Origin: Lysobacterales bacterium
GTDB taxonomy: Bacteria > Pseudomonadota > Gammaproteobacteria > Xanthomonadales > SZUA-5
NCBI GenBank assembly: GCA_022844165.1
Contig: JALHMH010000013.1
Span: 32,001 to 96,000, forward strand
DNA length: 64,000 bases
Direction: 5' to 3'
Shown: positions 58,894 to 64,000 of the stretch, piece by piece
Position numbering within the stretch: the first letter of the stretch is position 1
Layout of the letters: every line of letters starts with the position of its first letter
The notes under the pieces: generated by a model
Seen by the model: the letters and a program-made list of their open reading frames with translations, nothing else
Databases searched by the model: none
Told to the model about the DNA's origin: nothing
Program-made: the position numbers and the translations under genes

Positions 58894-61602
58894 TTACAGT
58901 GCTGATGCGCTGAAGTCGAAACCGAGATCGGTTCCTGGTTGCTGAACAAAATTACCTTGAATGAGGTCTACACCCAAAGTCCAGAGTGTGGCTGCGCTCT
59001 GCGCATTTTCCACTTTCGCAGCAATCACATACTTACCGCCATCGTGTGCTGCACGAATGAGCGTCCGCAACTCATCGGACGCGTAATTACCGTTGCCCGT
59101 CGTGTACTTGTCTGCCAGTTTCAGAAAGTCTGCGCTAAGTACGCTCAACAACTGCAGAGCGGTCAGGCTGCCGTCGAACTCATCAACCACCACCCGCACG
59201 CCGAGCTTGCGAACCGACTCAAAAAACGCCAGCGCTTCGCGCATACTCGACAACACATCGCTCAATTTCACTTCGAGCACGACCGCATCCGGTGCAATGC
59301 GTCTGGTTTCCAGTTGCTGTCTGAGCCATGGAATGCGTTCGGCATCCATCGTGCTTTCGACACACTGGTTAATGAACAAGCGCACTGGTCGTCCCTGGCG
59401 CTTGCGATCCTCGATAATTCGCAAACATTGCGCCAGGCACCATCGGTCGATAGCCACCACCAACCCTGCGGAACGAGCTGCATCAAGGACCTGCGCCGCG
59501 CCGATCATGTCGCCGCCTTCGGAGCGCATTCGCAGCAGCACCTCATACTGTTCCTCACCGGTGGAATGCAACGAGACGATCGGTTGGAACAACAGTTGCA
59601 ACTGATCGCCATCTAAGGCCGCGCGAACTGCATCTGCGAGCGTAGAACCCTCGCTCGCCTCATGCACATGAACCGCGACTCCTGTCGGTAACTGCCGGGC
59701 TCGCACGGATGCCCGTTCGGCCGCATTGAGCATATCGGCCGCGTCGGCAAGGTGCGTCGAGAACGGCGCGACGCCGATGCGCGCAGCAACACGCACGCTG
59801 TGCTGGTCGACTTCCACCATATCCTGAGCCAGCTTGGCGACGATGGACGCTGCTAACGACTGAAGCGCCGGCAGCGCCCGCGCGCTGCTCAACAACACGA
59901 AACTCGAATCGCCATAACGCGTGGCCAGTTCGTTTTCTTGAGTAAAACTGGCGATCGTTGCGCCAAGTTGCCGCAGGACAGGCTCGTAGACGGCCAAGCC
60001 GCGTTGCTCCCGCAACTTCTGCATCCCTTCAATATCGATAAAGAGGATGCCGCCGTGTTGTTGGCTGCGATCATCAACATTGAGCAACTCGTTGAGTCGG
60101 TCAATGAGATAGGTTCGATAATACAAGCCGGTCGTGCTGTCGCGCGGATCGACGGTCTTTCGCCTTGCCATCTGACGCGCGCGTCTGGCACGGTTATTGA
60201 CGGCTGAGATCAGGTGTTTGGGGCGAATCGGCTTCGCCAGGAAATCGTCCCCTCCTGCGGAAAGTGCCTCGAAGTGCTTCTCGGAGTCTTGTTCGCCCGA
60301 CAAAAAGACAATTGGCGTATTGATGAACTGTTCGCGCTCGCGAATGATCGATGTCAGCTCCATGCCTGAGATATTGGGCATGTACAAATCCATCAAGATC
60401 AAATCGGGTTTGAAGCGTTCCAGTCGATCCAGCGTTTCGAGCGGATCGGTGATCGCCAGAGTCTCGAACCCGGCTTTGCGCAGGACCGATTCGGCGAAGA
60501 TCGCCTGACTGCGGTCGTCCTCAACAATCATGACCTTGAATGGATCGGAGGTTGTCAGCTCCAACAACTCGCGAGCTCTTTTTGTTGCGTCTTTCGCGGA
60601 AATCGGCAAAGGGATGAAGAGATCCGCACCTGCGCGCATTGCCTTGAGCCTTGCAGCGAGATCGTTCTCGACCGAAAACGTCAGGAGCGGGATCTTAAGT
60701 TGAGTACTTGCGCGAACACGCTTGATAAACTCACCCAGGTGTTCGAGTTGCTCGAAGAAACTTGCATCGATGACCACTGCCTCTGCCGTCAACGACCCTA
60801 ACGCTTCCTTGAGTTCCTCAGAAGAACTCAAGCGTTCCACCTGGAAATTCAGCTCCAGCAAATGGTGTGACAATTCTCTTGCAAACGGCGCGACATCCGA
60901 AAGATAGAAAATTCGACCGGCAACCGTCTGTCGCTCCGGCTTCTCGGAAATAGGATGAGGTGCGGCGTTCGCAGCCGCGGGCGCAACGTTGGCGTCGAGT
61001 CCGAACACGCTCGTTGCATTGACGATTTGTGCAGGCGCATCAAGTCGCAGCCCCGGCGGCTCGGGATCGCCCAAGACCCACTCTTTGGGCGGCGCGATGG
61101 TCAATCGCGCAGGCGCTGTCCCATGCGTTTCGCTGGTGATCAGCGAAATATCGCTTTGGCTGAAGCGACGCCAGCAATCCTCGGGTGGGCGCAGGAACAA
61201 TGGGACGTTTGAGCCAGCCAGCTTGTCCGGCGGGGCAACGACGAAATCGCGCGGGTTGCGGATTTGCGGCGCTGGCGGGTTGGCGACTTCGATCAACCCA
61301 TCGAGCAGCAGGGCAATCTGTTGCTTGTCGGCGCTCTCGGGCAAACGCAGTTGTTTGATCAAGGGTTCGAGCGCCCGCTCGATCTGAAACAACTTTTCAC
61401 TTCCGTCCACCAGACCGTAGCGTCCAGCAGCGCCCGCCAACCCCTGCACGTCCTGATACAACAGTGTGACCGTATTGACGTCCCAATCGCCCTTGCAAAT
61501 CCGCAGTCCTCGCTTGCGAATGGCCTCTGCGCGGCGCGGCAAGTGCTTCAGGAACGCCTGACGCAATTCGGCATGGTGTTGGGATTCGTCCTTCGGCAGC
61601 AC
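58894..61602 (-). CDS. pseudo-Hpt/REC/REC/degenerate GGDEF-EAL protein (FimX-like c-di-GMP effector)
   Basis: LILMDLYMP REC; GGDEF site reads RYGDSSF; FQPIV..EVLLRM; loop 6 reads VDEFDG. Confidence 0.8.
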   Translation of the reverse strand: MLPKDESQHHAELRQAFLKHLPRRAEAIRKRGLRICKGDWDVNTVTLLYQDVQGLAGAAGRYGLVDGSEKLFQIERALEPLIKQLRLPESADKQQIALLLDGLIEVANPPAPQIRNPRDFVVAPPDKLAGSNVPLFLRPPEDCWRRFSQSDISLITSETHGTAPARLTIAPPKEWVLGDPEPPGLRLDAPAQIVNATSVFGLDANVAPAAANAAPHPISEKPERQTVAGRIFYLSDVAPFARELSHHLLELNFQVERLSSSEELKEALGSLTAEAVVIDASFFEQLEHLGEFIKRVRASTQLKIPLLTFSVENDLAARLKAMRAGADLFIPLPISAKDATKRARELLELTTSDPFKVMIVEDDRSQAIFAESVLRKAGFETLAITDPLETLDRLERFKPDLILMDLYMPNISGMELTSIIREREQFINTPIVFLSGEQDSEKHFEALSAGGDDFLAKPIRPKHLISAVNNRARRARQMARRKTVDPRDSTTGLYYRTYLIDRLNELLNVDDRSQQHGGILFIDIEGMQKLREQRGLAVYEPVLRQLGATIASFTQENELATRYGDSSFVLLSSARALPALQSLAASIVAKLAQDMVEVDQHSVRVAARIGVAPFSTHLADAADMLNAAERASVRARQLPTGVAVHVHEASEGSTLADAVRAALDGDQLQLLFQPIVSLHSTGEEQYEVLLRMRSEGGDMIGAAQVLDAARSAGLVVAIDRWCLAQCLRIIEDRKRQGRPVRLFINQCVESTMDAERIPWLRQQLETRRIAPDAVVLEVKLSDVLSSMREALAFFESVRKLGVRVVVDEFDGSLTALQLLSVLSADFLKLADKYTTGNGNYASDELRTLIRAAHDGGKYVIAAKVENAQSAATLWTLGVDLIQGNFVQQPGTDLGFDFSASAL

Positions 61603-61762
61603 GGCGATCTCGATTCACGACCAAGCTCAAAACTATAACGCGATGCACGCTTCATATGACTGCCCATCGCGATTGTTTGCCGATCTGGAACGACCCTCGA
61701 ACACGGACCCCCATCGACCCGTTGCCAACGGCATACTCGCGCCTCTTTGAAAGGGCATCTAC

Positions 61763-62500
61763 ATGGCGGCAGCTGCGCCCAGGCTCATCGTTGTCGAAAA
61801 TGACCCATCGCGGCTCTGGCGCGTCAGGATAGTCTTGGCGGCGATCTGGATCGGCTCATTGCTTGCCGTGTACTACTGGGTGAGGGCGACCAGCACGCCG
61901 GGCCTGGCGACGGCACAGGCCGACCTGAGATCCGTGAAGTCCGAACTGCGCGTGGCGCTTGAGCAAGTGGATCTGCTCAAGCAGGAAGTTGCCAGGCATC
62001 AACGGGGCGAGCAGGTGGCAGAGTCCGCACAATCCGAACTCCAGGCATCGCTGTCAGCCCGGCAGGATGAGATCGCTTCTTTGCGTGCCGACTTGAACTT
62101 CTTCGAGCGGCTTATGGAAGGTGGCCAGCAACGACCGGGGCTGGCCATCCATAGCCTGCAGATCGCGCGAGGCAACGATCCACGCGCATTTCAGTTTTCG
62201 CTGACGCTCAGCCAGAATCTCAAGCGCAACCGGCCGGCGGCGGGTATCGCGAGCATCAGCATTAGCGGCGCTCAAGGCGACAAGAGCGAGCGGCTGTCGT
62301 TGTCGCAGCTCGGGCACGAAGGCGATGCACTGAAATTCAGCTTCAAGTATTTTCAACAGCTGGCGGGTTTGGTCACGCTGCCCGAGAACTTTAGACCCAT
62401 GGCTATTCGAGTGCGACTAAACCCTGAGGATGGGGTCGTCGTCGAACGCGAATTTGTTTGGGCGGACGTTTTGGATTCAGCCGAAAAAGAGGACATCTGA
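61763..62500 (+). CDS. DUF6776-like membrane-anchored coiled-coil protein
   Basis: N-terminal TM, coiled coil, DLNFFERL, FSFKYFQQLAG...LP; upstream of bactofilin. Confidence 0.7.
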   Translation: MAAAAPRLIVVENDPSRLWRVRIVLAAIWIGSLLAVYYWVRATSTPGLATAQADLRSVKSELRVALEQVDLLKQEVARHQRGEQVAESAQSELQASLSARQDEIASLRADLNFFERLMEGGQQRPGLAIHSLQIARGNDPRAFQFSLTLSQNLKRNRPAAGIASISISGAQGDKSERLSLSQLGHEGDALKFSFKYFQQLAGLVTLPENFRPMAIRVRLNPEDGVVVEREFVWADVLDSAEKEDI

Positions 62501-62907
62501 TGTTTGGGGACAAGAAAGCCGTTAAGTCGAGTGTGAGCCCAACAGCCATTGAGTGCCTGATCGGCGAGAGGATGTCGATTGTAGGTGACGTCACTTTTGC
62601 GGGCGGCCTGCAAATCGAGGGCAAGCTCAAAGGGACGCTACGGGCAGACGACAGCAATGACGCTTTCGTCAAATTGAATGATCGCGGTCGGGTCGAAGGC
62701 GAAATTCACGCGCCTCAGGCGGAAATTCATGGCGAATTAATCGGCGACGTAGTCGCCGATCGCTTGCAGCTTGGCAGTAGTGCGCGAGTCCGTGGCAACG
62801 TCTTCTATCGAGTCCTGGAGATGGCTGCCGGCGCCCAGGTCAATGGCCAGATGGTTCACCAGGACGAACCACAGAAACAACTTCCCAAACCAGATCCATC
62901 GAACTAA
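62500..62907 (+). CDS. bactofilin (CcmA family)
   Basis: ATG overlaps the upstream TGA; beta-helix repeats LIG....I.GDV.F.GGL.IEG...G; LEMAAGAQVNG. Confidence 0.9.
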   Translation: MFGDKKAVKSSVSPTAIECLIGERMSIVGDVTFAGGLQIEGKLKGTLRADDSNDAFVKLNDRGRVEGEIHAPQAEIHGELIGDVVADRLQLGSSARVRGNVFYRVLEMAAGAQVNGQMVHQDEPQKQLPKPDPSN

Positions 62908-62918
62908 AGCGATGCCCG

Positions 62919-63251
62919 TCAAACCGAAAATGAGCTTCCGCAGCCGCATGTGCTCTTGGCATTCGGATTGCGGATCGTGAACTGCGCGCCGGTCAGCGAC
63001 TCAGCGTAATCGACAGACGCGCCGGCCAGGTATTGCAGGCTGATTGGGTCAACGAGCAACGTCACACCGTCGGTCTTGACAGCGATATCATCGTCAGCAC
63101 CATCCTCCTCAAAACTAAAGCCGTATTGAAACCCAGAACATCCTCCCCCTTGGATGTACACGCGCAGCTTCAATTCGGCATTCCCCTCTTCCACCATCAA
63201 TTCGCGCACTTTGCGAGCAGCGGCGGGTGTAAATTGCAAGTCGTCGGTCAT
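62919..63251 (-). CDS. erpA: iron-sulfur cluster insertion protein ErpA
   Basis: [17 protein letters not shown]; [14 protein letters not shown]. Confidence 0.95.
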   Translation of the reverse strand: MTDDLQFTPAAARKVRELMVEEGNAELKLRVYIQGGGCSGFQYGFSFEEDGADDDIAVKTDGVTLLVDPISLQYLAGASVDYAESLTGAQFTIRNPNAKSTCGCGSSFSV

Positions 63252-63446
63252 GGCTGTCAGACCTTATGGCAGTGTCTTCAGTATAGCGCCCGCACGTCAA
63301 TGAACTGCGTCCGTCAGCAAGTACAGCGCCGAATACGCAAAGTCATGGCCGCATGCCGGCCCCAACGCAGCACTCAGGCCCAACCGTCTGGAAACTGCTC
63401 CAACAACTTTTGGGACACCACGCTCTGAACGCAATTCGATTGCCGA

Positions 63447-63483
63447 TTGACATCGAACGAGGCACTCGTCTAGCCTGCGCGGC
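63447..63483 (+). promoter_or_regulatory. sigma70 promoter of tRNA-Leu with GC-rich discriminator
   Basis: TTGACA (63447-63452), 18-bp spacer, TAGCCT (63471-63476), then GCGCGGC. Confidence 0.55.
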
Positions 63484-63505
63484 TCTTGACGGGAAGATTC
63501 GTCAA

Positions 63506-63590
<85 letters not shown>

Positions 63591-63601
63591 TGTTTGACTG
63601 G

Positions 63602-63632
63602 AAACCCGCGCTCGTCGCGGGTTTTTAGTTTT
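63602..63632 (+). terminator. intrinsic terminator after tRNA-Leu
   Basis: AAACCCGCG-CTCGT-CGCGGGTTT followed by a T-run. Confidence 0.8.
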
Positions 63633-63717
63633 CGCGCAGTGAACGACGTCTAGCCACACGGGCTTGCGATCCGTGCTCAGGCAAAGCAATGCGCCTGCTT
63701 TCGAGTACGTACCTCTC

Positions 63718-63751
63718 AAAAACAAAACCCGCCGATAAGGCGGGTTTTGTT
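63718..63751 (-). terminator. intrinsic (bidirectional) terminator after cold-shock gene
   Basis: AACAAAACCCGCC-GATAA-GGCGGGTTTTGTT. Confidence 0.8.
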
Positions 63752-63776
63752 CAGAACTAAGGCGAAGCCGGAACGT

Positions 63777-63986
63777 TCAGACCGGCTGCACTTCCTCAGC
63801 CTGGAAGCCCTTCTGGCCCTTGACGACCTTGAAGCTCACCTTCTGGCCTTCCTTCAGGGTCTTGAAACCGTTGCCCTGGATGGCGCGGAAGTGCACGAAC
63901 ACGTCCTCACCGCCTTCGCGGCTGATAAATCCAAAGCCCTTGGCGTCATTGAACCACTTGACGGTGCCAACTGAACGATCCGACAT
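63777..63986 (-). CDS. cold-shock protein (CspA family)
   Basis: [15 protein letters not shown] (RNP1); DVFVHF (RNP2). Confidence 0.96.
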   Translation of the reverse strand: MSDRSVGTVKWFNDAKGFGFISREGGEDVFVHFRAIQGNGFKTLKEGQKVSFKVVKGQKGFQAEEVQPV

Positions 63987-64000
63987 CTTGAAAATCTCCA

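Overview
GC-rich gammaproteobacterial chromosomal segment. Gene content and order (pilGHIJ-chpABC without pilK, gshB-tonB, DUF6776-bactofilin-erpA, GH13 amylase) suggest Xanthomonadales/Lysobacterales, which is an inference. Housekeeping and signalling genes include ruvC, an rlmI-like methyltransferase, hemL, rlmH-rsfS-nadD-holA, the Pil-Chp operon, gshB, tonB, a hybrid kinase paired with a degenerate GGDEF-EAL protein, erpA, tRNA-Leu(CAG) and a cold-shock gene. There is also a two-permease RND system and a small TetR regulon. The most unusual region is 6.7-18.9 kb: a thioester-intact alpha-2-macroglobulin lipoprotein (no pbpC) sits divergent from a nine-DUF11, cysteine-rich autotransporter, followed by a signal-peptide-bearing Sel1/coiled-coil/caspase-like (C14) protease. 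The autotransporter gene is bracketed by two inverted copies of a MITE. Three distinct non-autonomous MITE-like families occur with no transposase in the window, and two share a covarying double-hairpin module that is tandemly amplified in one element. One gene appears to start at a non-canonical ATC codon. All calls come from reading motifs by eye; no searches were run.
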